Shown one piece after another: positions 39,036-48,850 of a DNA stretch of 64,000 bases (position 1 is the first letter of the stretch; every line of letters starts with the position of its first letter). Source of the DNA: an uncultured Bacilli bacterium (GTDB taxonomy: Bacteria; Bacillota_I; Bacilli_A; RF39; UBA660); the NCBI GenBank assembly GCA_944358255.1, contig CALVQQ010000002.1, positions 3,739 through 67,738 of the forward strand, given 5' to 3'. The notes beneath the pieces were generated by a model. That model saw only the letters and a list, made by a program, of their open reading frames with translations. It was not told the DNA's origin and did not search any database. Made by a program: the position numbers and the translations under genes.

Positions 39036-39596
39036 ATGTTTAAATATGAAAAAATGTTAGAATATCCTATAAATATACGAAAAAAAGATTTAAGAATGGC
39101 TAAGTTGTTAATGGCTCAGCTGGGAGGCCCTGATAGTGAACTTAGTGCGTCACTAAGATATTTTTGTCAGAGATATACTATGCCAGATGCTAAGGGTAAA
39201 GCCTTGTTGACTGATATTGCCACTGAAGAATTTGGGCATATTGAGATGATTCAAACTATGATTTATCAATTAACTAAAGATGCATCATTAAAAGAATTAA
39301 AAGATGCAGGGCTTGATAGCTATTTTGTTCAGCATAAAAAAGGAATTTATCCTGTAGATGCAAGTGGTGTTCCATTTACTGCTTCTTATTTTCAGTCAAC
39401 TGGAGATCCTATAGTTGATTTGCAAGAAGATATGGCTGCTGAAGAAAAGGCAAGGGCAACATATGAGAATTTAATGGATTTAACCGATGATGCTGATTTA
39501 CTTGCACCTTTGAGTTTTTTAAGACAAAGAGAAGTTGTTCATTTTAATAGATTTAAAGAGTTACATGATGAGTATAAGAAAAATGGATTAAAATAA
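39036..39596 (+). CDS. cotJC: Spore coat protein CotJC (manganese catalase family)
   Basis: MAKLLMAQLGGPDSELSASLRYFCQRYT...EEFGHIEM ferritin-like di-metal motifs. Confidence 0.8.
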   Translation: MFKYEKMLEYPINIRKKDLRMAKLLMAQLGGPDSELSASLRYFCQRYTMPDAKGKALLTDIATEEFGHIEMIQTMIYQLTKDASLKELKDAGLDSYFVQHKKGIYPVDASGVPFTASYFQSTGDPIVDLQEDMAAEEKARATYENLMDLTDDADLLAPLSFLRQREVVHFNRFKELHDEYKKNGLK

Positions 39597-39662
39597 ATGC
39601 AATACTATAGTTTTTACTATAGTATTTTTTTGACTTAATGAGTTAGATATTATATAATTTTT

Positions 39663-40391
39663 TTGTTGGTGAATTATATGCTAGAATTAAAAAATATAAA
39701 TTATAAGGTAGATAATAAATATATTTTAAAAGATATTAATTTGGAAATAAAGGACCATGAATTTGTGTTGATTACTGGACCTAATGGTAGTGGCAAAAGT
39801 ACGTTGGTTAAAATTATTATGGGATTAATTAAACCTACTAGTGGCTCTATTGTAATTAATGGCTATGATATAACTGATAAAAGTGTATATGAAAGGGCAA
39901 AAATGGGTATTACTTTTACTTTTCAAACTCCAGTTGTTTTTAAAGGTCTTACTGTAAGGGATTTACTTTGTATAAGTAGAGATTATTATTATGACGATTA
40001 TATTGGTAGAGAATTGCTTAGAAAAGTTGGTCTTTGTGCACAGGAATATTTGGATAGGGAAGTAAATAATAGTTTAAGTGGCGGTGAGCTTAAAAGAATA
40101 GAACTTGCTTGTGCGCTAGGAAAACAGGGAAATTATATTTTATTTGATGAACCTGAAGCGGGTATAGATTTGTGGAGTTTTGAGGATTTAACTAATATTT
40201 TTAAAAGTATGAAAAAATCTAAAAAAAGTGGGATGTTAGTTATTTCACATCAAGAAAGATTATTTAATTTAGCTGATAGAATTGTTATTATTGAAAATGG
40301 AACTATAAAAGAAATTGGAAGTAAAAATAAAATTAGTAAATATTTAAAAAACATTAAATGTGAAAAATGTATGAGGGATTGTAATGAATAA
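39663..40391 (+). CDS. sufC: Fe-S cluster assembly ATPase SufC
   Basis: Walker A GPNGSGKST, LSGGELKR signature, and ILFDEPEAGID. Confidence 0.8.
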   Translation: MLVNYMLELKNINYKVDNKYILKDINLEIKDHEFVLITGPNGSGKSTLVKIIMGLIKPTSGSIVINGYDITDKSVYERAKMGITFTFQTPVVFKGLTVRDLLCISRDYYYDDYIGRELLRKVGLCAQEYLDREVNNSLSGGELKRIELACALGKQGNYILFDEPEAGIDLWSFEDLTNIFKSMKKSKKSGMLVISHQERLFNLADRIVIIENGTIKEIGSKNKISKYLKNIKCEKCMRDCNE

Positions 40392-41301
40392 AGATGATAA
40401 TGATATTCTTTTTAATATTTTAAATGAAGAAATTAGTGAAGATAGTATCCATAATATAAGAAAAAATGGTGAAACTGTTAGTCGACATGACTCTGATGAA
40501 ATAAGTATTGTGTCTAAGAAAGCAAAGCAGGGTATAGAGATTTATGTGAAGTCTTCAGTTAAAAATCAAGTTGTTCAAGTACCAGTCTTGTTAACTACTG
40601 AGGGATTCACAGATGTGGTTTATAATGATTATAATGTGAGCGATAATGCTGAAGTTACTATAGTTGCTGGATGTGCAATTCATAATGATTGTGAAATCAC
40701 TAGTATGCATTCTGGTGTTCATGCATTTAATATTGGTAAAAATGCAAAGGTAAAGTATGTGGAAAAACATTATGGATGTGGTCAAATTGATTCTAATAGG
40801 ATTATTAATACTGATACAATAATAAATTTGGGTAAAGGTTCTAGTTTGGTTATTGAAACAGTTCAAATTAGCGGTGTTGATAAGTCTACTAGAAATACTA
40901 TTGCTGTTTTGGAAGATGAAAGTACACTTGAAATTACTGAAAAATTAATGACTGCTTCTAATGATAATGTTTTGTCTTCTTATAAAATTAATTTAAATGG
41001 TATAAATACTAAAGCTAATTTAATTTCAAGAAGTATTGCTAAAAATAATAGTTGTCAAGAATTTGTTAGTGAATTAATTGGAAATAATAAATCGTTTGGT
41101 CATATTGAGTGTGATGCAATTATAATGGACAATGCGAAAGTTTCATCTACTCCTAAAATTATTGCTAATAGTGTAGATGCTGAACTTACTCATGAGGCTG
41201 CTATTGGAAAAATCAGCGGTGAACAACTTTTAAAATTAGAAACTTTAGGATTGACTAAAGAGGAAGCAGAAGCTGAAATAATTAAAGGTTTTATGAAATA
41301 A
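40384..41301 (+). CDS. SufB/SufD-family Fe-S assembly protein (short form)
   Basis: Beta-helix repeat pattern typical of SufB/D, overlapping the sufC stop. Confidence 0.55.
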   Translation: MNKDDNDILFNILNEEISEDSIHNIRKNGETVSRHDSDEISIVSKKAKQGIEIYVKSSVKNQVVQVPVLLTTEGFTDVVYNDYNVSDNAEVTIVAGCAIHNDCEITSMHSGVHAFNIGKNAKVKYVEKHYGCGQIDSNRIINTDTIINLGKGSSLVIETVQISGVDKSTRNTIAVLEDESTLEITEKLMTASNDNVLSSYKINLNGINTKANLISRSIAKNNSCQEFVSELIGNNKSFGHIECDAIIMDNAKVSSTPKIIANSVDAELTHEAAIGKISGEQLLKLETLGLTKEEAEAEIIKGFMK

Positions 41302-41324
41302 GATATATCGTTAAAATATATCTT

Positions 41325-41879
41325 TTAATTTGATAATAAATTATCACATAAATCATTAATTAATTTTGAAATTTCTTCTGGAGAATTTTTAAATTTGTCA
41401 TCTATCCATTTTTCTATTATTCCAATGCTACCAAAAGCAAAAAAATTAAAGATGTAATCAATTTGATTTGTTGAAAATTTTGTTAATTTGTTTTTCCACT
41501 CTGTGGCACTTTTTATGTAACCTAAATATACAATTTTTCTGATAAATTCTTTGTTTCCATAAGGGCCAAATAATACTTTGCATGCATTTTGGTTTTCGTA
41601 AATTATTTTTATCATGCTATCTATAAATGGCTTTATGCTTTCGTTATTTTCAATTAAATCCATACTTTTTTTAATGTCGTTATATAACTCTAATTCTATT
41701 TTTTCAATTAAGTCATATATATCAACATAGTACTTATAAAATGTGGCGCGATTGATGTCAGCTAAACTGCATAACTCTGTAACAGTAATTTTGCTTATTT
41801 CTTTTTTCTCCATGAGTTTTAGCATGCTATCTTTAATTGTTGTTAAAGTGTATTTTGTTCTACGATCCATCCTTTTCAT
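41325..41879 (-). CDS. TetR-family transcriptional regulator
   Basis: N-terminal HTH ITVTELCSLADINRATFYKYY. Confidence 0.75.
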   Translation of the reverse strand: MKRMDRRTKYTLTTIKDSMLKLMEKKEISKITVTELCSLADINRATFYKYYVDIYDLIEKIELELYNDIKKSMDLIENNESIKPFIDSMIKIIYENQNACKVLFGPYGNKEFIRKIVYLGYIKSATEWKNKLTKFSTNQIDYIFNFFAFGSIGIIEKWIDDKFKNSPEEISKLINDLCDNLLSN

Positions 41880-42035
41880 TTTTTCTCCCTTATTTTATAC
41901 AAAATCGATAACATTTGTTTATTATTAAACAATTTATACATAAAATGATTATTGTAAAAATCTTATATTAAAAGTATAATTTAATATGTAAAGTTAGTCA
42001 ACACATTGTTGATTATTGTGAAAGGAATGTGAAAT

Positions 42036-43730
42036 ATGTTTGATAAATTAAAACAATTATTTAAGTCTAAAACAGAGTTGCCTTGGTTTAAATATTATGG
42101 AAATATGCCTAAAAGACTTAAGTATTTTGAAGGTAGTTTGTATGAGTATATGGAAAATACGGCTATTAAATATCCTAATTACTGTGCAATTGAGTTTTTT
42201 AATAAAAAAATGAATTATAAGACTTTATTAGATGAAATTGATGGGGTTGCTTTAAGTTTAATTGATGATGGGGTTAAAGAAAATGATATCGTTACTATTT
42301 GTATTGCTAATTCTCCTGAAGCAGTTGTTGCATTTTATGCTGTTAATAAAATAGGTGCGGTATCTAATATTATTCATCCTTTAAGTAGCGAGAATGAAAT
42401 TAAAAATTTTATAAAAAATACTAATTCTAATGTGGTTTTTGTTTCTGATATTTTATATGATACTATGATTAGTATTTGTAATGATTTGAAAATTAAATCT
42501 GTTGTTGTTTGCCCGCTTTCAAATAAAATGGATACAGTTCATAAACTTTTATATAATGTATTTAAAGCCCCTAAGTTGAATGACTTGCCAGAAAATTTTA
42601 TTTTATATAATGATTATATGACGATTTCTTTAGATACCTGTGAAACTGTTCATAGAAATTATGATGATGACGCTGTAATTTTATATAGTGGTGGTACTAC
42701 AGGCAGCCCTAAAGGTGTGGTTTTAAGTAATTTGTGCTTTAACTCAATACCTTTGCAATATTCTCATGTTATTGAAGCTCATCCGGGTGATTCTATTTTG
42801 AGTTATTTACCTATATTTCATGGATTTGGTTTGTGCGTTTCTATCCATACTCCTTTAACTTATGGAATGAGATGTGTTTTGGATCCTAAAATAGATGTTA
42901 AAAAAATTAATAGTATTTTAAAGAATAAGAAGATTAATTTTTTGCCTGTGATTCCTGCTCTTTTAAATGTGATGATTAAAGATAAAACTTTGAGTAAAAA
43001 TGCATTTAAAAATTTAAGGTACATAGTCAGTGGTGGAGACTTTCTAAATTTAGAATTGAAACAGTCCGCTGAAAAGTTTGTTAATAGTCATGGGTCAAGT
43101 GCTAAAATAATTGTTGGTTATGGTTTGACTGAAGCAATGGCAGCTGTCTGTGCTAGTATTGAACCAAATTATAAGAGTAAGAGTGTCGGTGTTCCGCTAC
43201 CTGATAATCGTTATAAAGTATTAAAAAATGATACACATATTCCATGTGATAAGAATGAAGTTGGTGAAATTTGTTTGGCTGGACCTAGTTTAATGAGTCG
43301 TTATTATAAAAATGAAGAGGAAACTTTTAAGGCTTTGCAAGTTCATGATGATGGAATTTTGTGGTTGCATACAGGTGATTTGGGGTATGTTGGTGATGAT
43401 GATGTATTATATTTTGAAACAAGGAAAAAACGTGTAATTATTTCTAATGGTTTTAATATATATCCAAATTATATCGAAGAAGTTTTAAATAAACATCCTT
43501 ATGTCGAAACATCAATTGTAGTTGGCCAAAGAGATAAGGCGAGGGCTCAAGTCGCAAAAGCAGTTATTGTTTTAAAAGATGATGTTATTGAATCAGAAAA
43601 AGTTAAAACTGAAATAAAAGATTATTTGAAAAAAAATATTAGTAGATATTCGGTTCCAAAAATCTATGAATTTACTAAGGAATTACCTAAAACTAAAGTC
43701 GGCAAAGTTGATTTTAAAGCCTTAGAGTGA
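42036..43730 (+). CDS. AMP-dependent acyl-CoA synthetase/ligase (paralog of 23784-25547)
   Basis: YSGGTTGSPKG, GYGLTE, and GDLGYVGDDD motifs. Divergent from the TetR gene. Confidence 0.8.
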   Translation: MFDKLKQLFKSKTELPWFKYYGNMPKRLKYFEGSLYEYMENTAIKYPNYCAIEFFNKKMNYKTLLDEIDGVALSLIDDGVKENDIVTICIANSPEAVVAFYAVNKIGAVSNIIHPLSSENEIKNFIKNTNSNVVFVSDILYDTMISICNDLKIKSVVVCPLSNKMDTVHKLLYNVFKAPKLNDLPENFILYNDYMTISLDTCETVHRNYDDDAVILYSGGTTGSPKGVVLSNLCFNSIPLQYSHVIEAHPGDSILSYLPIFHGFGLCVSIHTPLTYGMRCVLDPKIDVKKINSILKNKKINFLPVIPALLNVMIKDKTLSKNAFKNLRYIVSGGDFLNLELKQSAEKFVNSHGSSAKIIVGYGLTEAMAAVCASIEPNYKSKSVGVPLPDNRYKVLKNDTHIPCDKNEVGEICLAGPSLMSRYYKNEEETFKALQVHDDGILWLHTGDLGYVGDDDVLYFETRKKRVIISNGFNIYPNYIEEVLNKHPYVETSIVVGQRDKARAQVAKAVIVLKDDVIESEKVKTEIKDYLKKNISRYSVPKIYEFTKELPKTKVGKVDFKALE

Positions 43731-43757
43731 AAAGTTTTTTGAACTTTTCATTTTTTT

Positions 43758-44351
43758 TTGGTAGAATATGTGCGAGGGATGTTTATGTATACATTATTTA
43801 TTGATACTCATAGTAGTAAGATATGTTTAGCTTTGTATGATGGTAAGATACTTATAAAAAGTGAAAAAGAAAGTATAGAAAGTCATTCTATTTACGTTGT
43901 TCCAATGTTAAAAGAGTTGATGGAAAATAATAATGTTTCTTTTGATGATATAAAAAATGTGGTTGCTGTTAATGGCCCTGGTAGTTTTACTGGAATTAGA
44001 ATTGGTCTTAGTGTTGCAAAGGCAATTTGTTATTCTTTAGATAAACCTATATACTTAATTTCTAGTTTAACATCTATGTTAGTAAGTTATGAATCTGATG
44101 ATTATAAGATGGCTGTTATACCTGATAATAAAGGGTTTTATATTAGTGTTTTTGATAAAGATAATAATTCTGTTGTCGATGAAAAATATCAGGAAAATAT
44201 TGATGAGTATTTGTCTAAATATAATAAAGTAAGTGGTTTATTGGATGTTAAAAAAATCATTGATTATGCTTTGATGGGAGAACCTGTTAATGTTTTTAAG
44301 GTTAAGGCTAATTATGTTAAAGTAATCGAGGTTATGAATGATAAAAAGTAA
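43758..44351 (+). CDS. tsaB: tRNA t6A biosynthesis protein TsaB
   Basis: YeaZ-like N-terminal LFIDTHS and GPGSFTGIRIG. Likely start ATG 43785. Confidence 0.8.
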   Translation: MVEYVRGMFMYTLFIDTHSSKICLALYDGKILIKSEKESIESHSIYVVPMLKELMENNNVSFDDIKNVVAVNGPGSFTGIRIGLSVAKAICYSLDKPIYLISSLTSMLVSYESDDYKMAVIPDNKGFYISVFDKDNNSVVDEKYQENIDEYLSKYNKVSGLLDVKKIIDYALMGEPVNVFKVKANYVKVIEVMNDKK

Positions 44352-45675
44352 GCAAATTAAAGAATATGAATTTGAACTTGATTATTTTATTGATGAAAGT
44401 GTAGTTGGTTATTTAAAATATGAAGTTACTTATGAAGTTGTAAATGTTACTGATGTATATGTTGATGATAAATATAGAAAACAGGGTATTGCAACTGAAC
44501 TTTTTAATTATTTATTTAATAGTGTTAAACCAGAAAAATTTATGTTGGAAGTTAATGAAAATAATTTGGGTGCGATTAATTTATATAAAAAATTTGGATT
44601 TGTTACTATACATGTAAGAAAAAAATATTATAAGGATGGAGATGCGTTAATTATGGAGTCAAAGGTGTGCGATGATGTTTATATATTGGCTATAGAATCT
44701 TCTTGTGATGAAACTAGTGTGAGTATTGTAAAAAATGGTACTGTAGATGTTGCTACTACTGTTAACTCTCAAATAGACGTTCATAAAAATTATGGTGGTG
44801 TTGTTCCTGAAGTAGCATCTAGAATGCATTTAGAGAATATTACTTTTGTCCTTGATGAGACTTTATCTAAAGCTAATATGAAACTAGAAGATATGGATGC
44901 GTTTGCTTGTACTTATGCTCCTGGTCTTTTGGGCAGTCTATTGGTTGGTTTAGAGACTACGAAAACTTTGAGTTTGATTTATAATAAGCCTTTTATTAAA
45001 GTTAATCATATGATGGGGCATATTTATGCTAACAATATTGGAAATAATATGAGTTATCCGTTACTTGCTTTGATAGTGAGTGGTGGACATACTGATTTGA
45101 TTTATATGGAAAGTGAGACAAGTATTGAATATATTGGTCAGACTTTAGATGATGCTGTTGGTGAGTGTTTTGATAAAGTGGCTAGAATTGTTAATTTGCC
45201 TTATCCGGGTGGACCTAATGTTGAAAAACTAGCATTAAATGGCAGGGATACTTATCCAATGCCTAATTTATTAAGTGATGGTAGTACTAATTTTAGTTTT
45301 AGTGGAATTAAAAGTCATGTAGTTAATTTGGTTCACAATGAAAAACAAAGGGGAAATAGTATTAATGAAGAAGATTTATGTTGCTCTTTTCAAAATGCAG
45401 TTACTAAATCGTTGGTTTCTAAAACTTTACTTGCTTTAAATAAGACGGGCGCTAAAAATTTAATAATGGCTGGCGGTGTTGCTAGTAATAGTTTTATTAG
45501 AGAATCTATAAGAAAAATGTGTGAAGAAAATAATATTAATTTTAGTGTTCCGGATAAAAAGTATTGCACTGATAATGGAACTATGATTGGGGCAGCCGCA
45601 TATGTTTTGTATAAAAATAATAAATTCGCTAGTTTAAATACAAATGCGAAAAGTCATGAGTTGTTAACTTTATAA
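44338..45675 (+). CDS. tsaD: RimI-like GNAT acetyltransferase fused to tRNA N6-adenosine threonylcarbamoyltransferase TsaD
   Basis: N-terminal GNAT (VDDKYRKQGIATELF), then TsaD/Kae1 (LAIESSCDETSVSIV, GMMGHIYAN, MAGGVASN). Confidence 0.8.
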   Translation: MIKSKQIKEYEFELDYFIDESVVGYLKYEVTYEVVNVTDVYVDDKYRKQGIATELFNYLFNSVKPEKFMLEVNENNLGAINLYKKFGFVTIHVRKKYYKDGDALIMESKVCDDVYILAIESSCDETSVSIVKNGTVDVATTVNSQIDVHKNYGGVVPEVASRMHLENITFVLDETLSKANMKLEDMDAFACTYAPGLLGSLLVGLETTKTLSLIYNKPFIKVNHMMGHIYANNIGNNMSYPLLALIVSGGHTDLIYMESETSIEYIGQTLDDAVGECFDKVARIVNLPYPGGPNVEKLALNGRDTYPMPNLLSDGSTNFSFSGIKSHVVNLVHNEKQRGNSINEEDLCCSFQNAVTKSLVSKTLLALNKTGAKNLIMAGGVASNSFIRESIRKMCEENNINFSVPDKKYCTDNGTMIGAAAYVLYKNNKFASLNTNAKSHELLTL

Positions 45676-45710
45676 TTGACTTTTTTTGTTTTCATTATAA
45701 AATTAAAATA

Positions 45711-46214
45711 GTGGAACATATGAGAAAAGTAATGTTAAAAAATTTATTTTTAATGGTTATTATGATATGTGTTTTGTGTATATCTTTTTTTGGTGTTACT
45801 TGGGCTTGGTCTACTGGTGCAATTGAAAAATTTTATTCTAGTAATGATGACTTAGCAATCTCGGTTAATTATGTAGATGGATCGATGATTAATCAAAAAT
45901 GTGATGGGACAAGTCAAAGTAAAAGTTTTGTTGTTTTAAATGATTCAAATGAAGTTGGTTATTTTAATGTTATTTTGTATATTGATAATGTTTCAACTGA
46001 AGAAATTGGAAACTATATTTATTATCAGTTGTTAGATGATAATGGTGATGTTTTAGCTTATGGTAATTTGGCTGATATCTATAGTTCTAATAAAATATCT
46101 TTAATTGTAAACGAAGAAATTTTTATAAATGAAAGTAAAAGTTATACTTTAAAAGTCTGGAGCGATGTTTGTGAAAGTGAAGGATTTATAAGTGCTCATT
46201 TGATTGTTAACTAA
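45711..46214 (+). CDS. Hypothetical secreted protein
   Basis: N-terminal signal or anchor followed by a non-hydrophobic domain. Confidence 0.45.
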   Translation: MEHMRKVMLKNLFLMVIMICVLCISFFGVTWAWSTGAIEKFYSSNDDLAISVNYVDGSMINQKCDGTSQSKSFVVLNDSNEVGYFNVILYIDNVSTEEIGNYIYYQLLDDNGDVLAYGNLADIYSSNKISLIVNEEIFINESKSYTLKVWSDVCESEGFISAHLIVN

Positions 46215-46251
46215 ATTTAATTCTTTTTTTTTGATTTTTTAATATAATTTA

Positions 46252-48837
46252 TTGGTGATACTATTGAACTACAATAAAGCAGGGCTTACGGATAAAGAAG
46301 TAGCAATTAGTAGGCAAAATCATGGTAGTAATAGAATAACAAGTAGTAAAAAAAATAGTTTTTTTAGGCTTGTAATTGAGTCTTTAAATGATCCTATTAT
46401 AAAAATATTGCTTATTGCTTTGGGTGTTAAAGTGGTATTTTTGTTTCAAGATAGTGATTTTTATGAATTGGTGGGTATTATTTTATCAATTTTGGTTGCT
46501 AGTATAATTAGTAGTTTAAGTGAGTATGGTAGTGAAAAAGCATTTCAAAAACTGGCGGAAGAAAATAGTAAAGTGGATGTTAAAGTTTTTAGAAATTCAA
46601 AACTTATAAATGTTGATATTGATGAAATTGTGGTTGGAGATTTTGTTTTGCTAGAAAGTGGAGATAGAGTTTGTGCTGATGGGGTTCTTGTTGAAGGTGA
46701 AATTTATGTTGACGAGTCAATGTTAACTGGGGAAACAAAAGAAAAGTTGAAAGTAGTTAATGATAAGGTTTTTAGAGGAAGTGTTATTACAAATAAGCAT
46801 GGTATTATGAAAGTGTATGAAGTGGGCTTCAATACTTTTTATGGTAATATTGCTAAAAGTATTGAAGAAGCAAGCCCTGTGAGTCCTTTGAAAATGAGGC
46901 TTAGAAAATTGGCCCAACTGATAAGTAGAATTGGCTATTTCTGTGCTTTTTTAGTAATGTTTTCTTATTTGTTTAATGTTATTGTTGTTGAAAATAATTT
47001 TGAGATTTCACAGATATTATCGATGATTAAAAATTATAAGATTATATTCCCACATTTGTTGTATTCTCTTACTTTAGCTGTGACTATAATTGTAGTCTGC
47101 GTTCCTGAAGGTTTGCCAATGATGATTACGCTTGTTTTGAGTTCTAACATGAAAAGAATGTTAAAAAATAATGTTTTGGTTAGAAAGTTGGTCGGTATAG
47201 AAACGGCAGGCAATATTAATATTTTGTTTAGTGATAAAACTGGTACGATTACTAAGGGTGAATTTAGTGTGGTTGGATTATGTTTGTATGATGGAACTTT
47301 TTATAAAAATTTTGATAAAATTAAGTCTGAAAAATTAAAGGAACTTTTGTATTTATCTTTGATTTATAATAATGCTGCGTTTTTAAATGGTACTGAAATA
47401 CTGGGTGGCAATGTTACTGATCGGGCAATTATTAAGTTTGTTGGTAAGAATGAAAAAAATAAATATGCAATAGTTAATGAGGAACCTTTTGATAGTAAAA
47501 ATAAGTATTCTAGCGTAACTGTTAATTATGATGGTGAAACTACATTTTATAAAGGCGCTTTTGAGATGTTTAAGGATAATATTAGTTTTTATTGTAATAA
47601 TGAAGGTATGAAAAAAATTGTTAATTTAAGTGAACTAAATAAATTAGTTGATAAGTATGCTAAGGCTGGTTATAGGATTATTACTTTGGTAATTAAAAAT
47701 GGAAAAAGTTATACCTTTATTGGAATTGTTTTGATTAAAGATGAGGTTAGAAAGGAAAGTATTGAGGGAATAAATTTGGTTACAGCAGCTGGAATACAAA
47801 CTGTCATGCTAACTGGCGATTCGCTTGAAACTGCTAAAAATGTTGCTATGGAAATTGGACTTGTAAATAGTGAAAATGATTATGTTATTACTAGTGAAGA
47901 ACTAAATAAAATGTCTGATGAGGAAGTTAAACTTATTCTGCCTAAATTAAAGGTAGTTGCAAGAAGTTTGCCTAATGATAAGAAAAGACTTGTTTTGTTG
48001 TCACAAGAACTTGGACTTGTTGTTGGAATGACTGGAGATGGTGTTAATGATGCCCCTGCTTTAAAGAAAGCAGATGTTGGTTTTGCAATGGGAAGTGGGA
48101 CTGAAGTCGCTAAGGAAGTTAGTGATATTGTTATTTTAGATGATAATTTTTTGAGTATTACAAAAACTGTTCTTTTTGGAAGAACAATTTTTAAGAGTAT
48201 TAGAAAGTTTATAATTTTTCAGCTAACTGTTAACTTGTGCGCGGTTAGTTTATCTATAATTGGTCCATTTATTGGAATTATGACACCTGTTACAGTTATT
48301 CAAATGTTATGGGTTAATATGGTGATGGATACACTCGCTGGGATTGCATTTGCTTATGAGGCACCAATAAAAGATTATATGAAGGAAAAACCTAAGAAAA
48401 AAGATGAACCAATAATGAATCATTATATGTTAAATGAAATTTTTGTTACTGGTTTATTTAGTACTTTAATTTGTATATTTTTTCTAAAATCAGCTTTTAT
48501 TCATCAACTTTTTAGAATAGATAATAATGATAAATATGTTATGACAGCTTTTTTTGGTCTATTTATTTTTTTAGCAATTTTTAATTCTTTTAATGCGAGA
48601 ACACATAGATTAAATCTTTTGGCTAATATTTTTAAGAATAAGGTATTCCTTTGTGTGATTGGATTAATAGTTATCGTTCAACTTATTTTGATATATTGTG
48701 GTGGTAGTATTTTTAGAACTACAGGTTTAACATTTATAGAATTTCAAATTATGGTCATTTTAGCATTTTTTGTAATTCCTTTTGATTTGTTACGAAAAAT
48801 TGTTTTAAAAAAATTTAATAAATTAAGTGGTTGTTAA
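46252..48837 (+). CDS. P-type cation-transporting ATPase (Ca2+ type IIA-like)
   Basis: DKTGTIT phosphorylation motif, TGDS, GDGVNDAPALKKADVGFAMG hinge, and the PEGLP transmembrane motif. Confidence 0.9.
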   Translation: MVILLNYNKAGLTDKEVAISRQNHGSNRITSSKKNSFFRLVIESLNDPIIKILLIALGVKVVFLFQDSDFYELVGIILSILVASIISSLSEYGSEKAFQKLAEENSKVDVKVFRNSKLINVDIDEIVVGDFVLLESGDRVCADGVLVEGEIYVDESMLTGETKEKLKVVNDKVFRGSVITNKHGIMKVYEVGFNTFYGNIAKSIEEASPVSPLKMRLRKLAQLISRIGYFCAFLVMFSYLFNVIVVENNFEISQILSMIKNYKIIFPHLLYSLTLAVTIIVVCVPEGLPMMITLVLSSNMKRMLKNNVLVRKLVGIETAGNINILFSDKTGTITKGEFSVVGLCLYDGTFYKNFDKIKSEKLKELLYLSLIYNNAAFLNGTEILGGNVTDRAIIKFVGKNEKNKYAIVNEEPFDSKNKYSSVTVNYDGETTFYKGAFEMFKDNISFYCNNEGMKKIVNLSELNKLVDKYAKAGYRIITLVIKNGKSYTFIGIVLIKDEVRKESIEGINLVTAAGIQTVMLTGDSLETAKNVAMEIGLVNSENDYVITSEELNKMSDEEVKLILPKLKVVARSLPNDKKRLVLLSQELGLVVGMTGDGVNDAPALKKADVGFAMGSGTEVAKEVSDIVILDDNFLSITKTVLFGRTIFKSIRKFIIFQLTVNLCAVSLSIIGPFIGIMTPVTVIQMLWVNMVMDTLAGIAFAYEAPIKDYMKEKPKKKDEPIMNHYMLNEIFVTGLFSTLICIFFLKSAFIHQLFRIDNNDKYVMTAFFGLFIFLAIFNSFNARTHRLNLLANIFKNKVFLCVIGLIVIVQLILIYCGGSIFRTTGLTFIEFQIMVILAFFVIPFDLLRKIVLKKFNKLSGC

Positions 48838-48850
48838 CTTATTAAATTTT

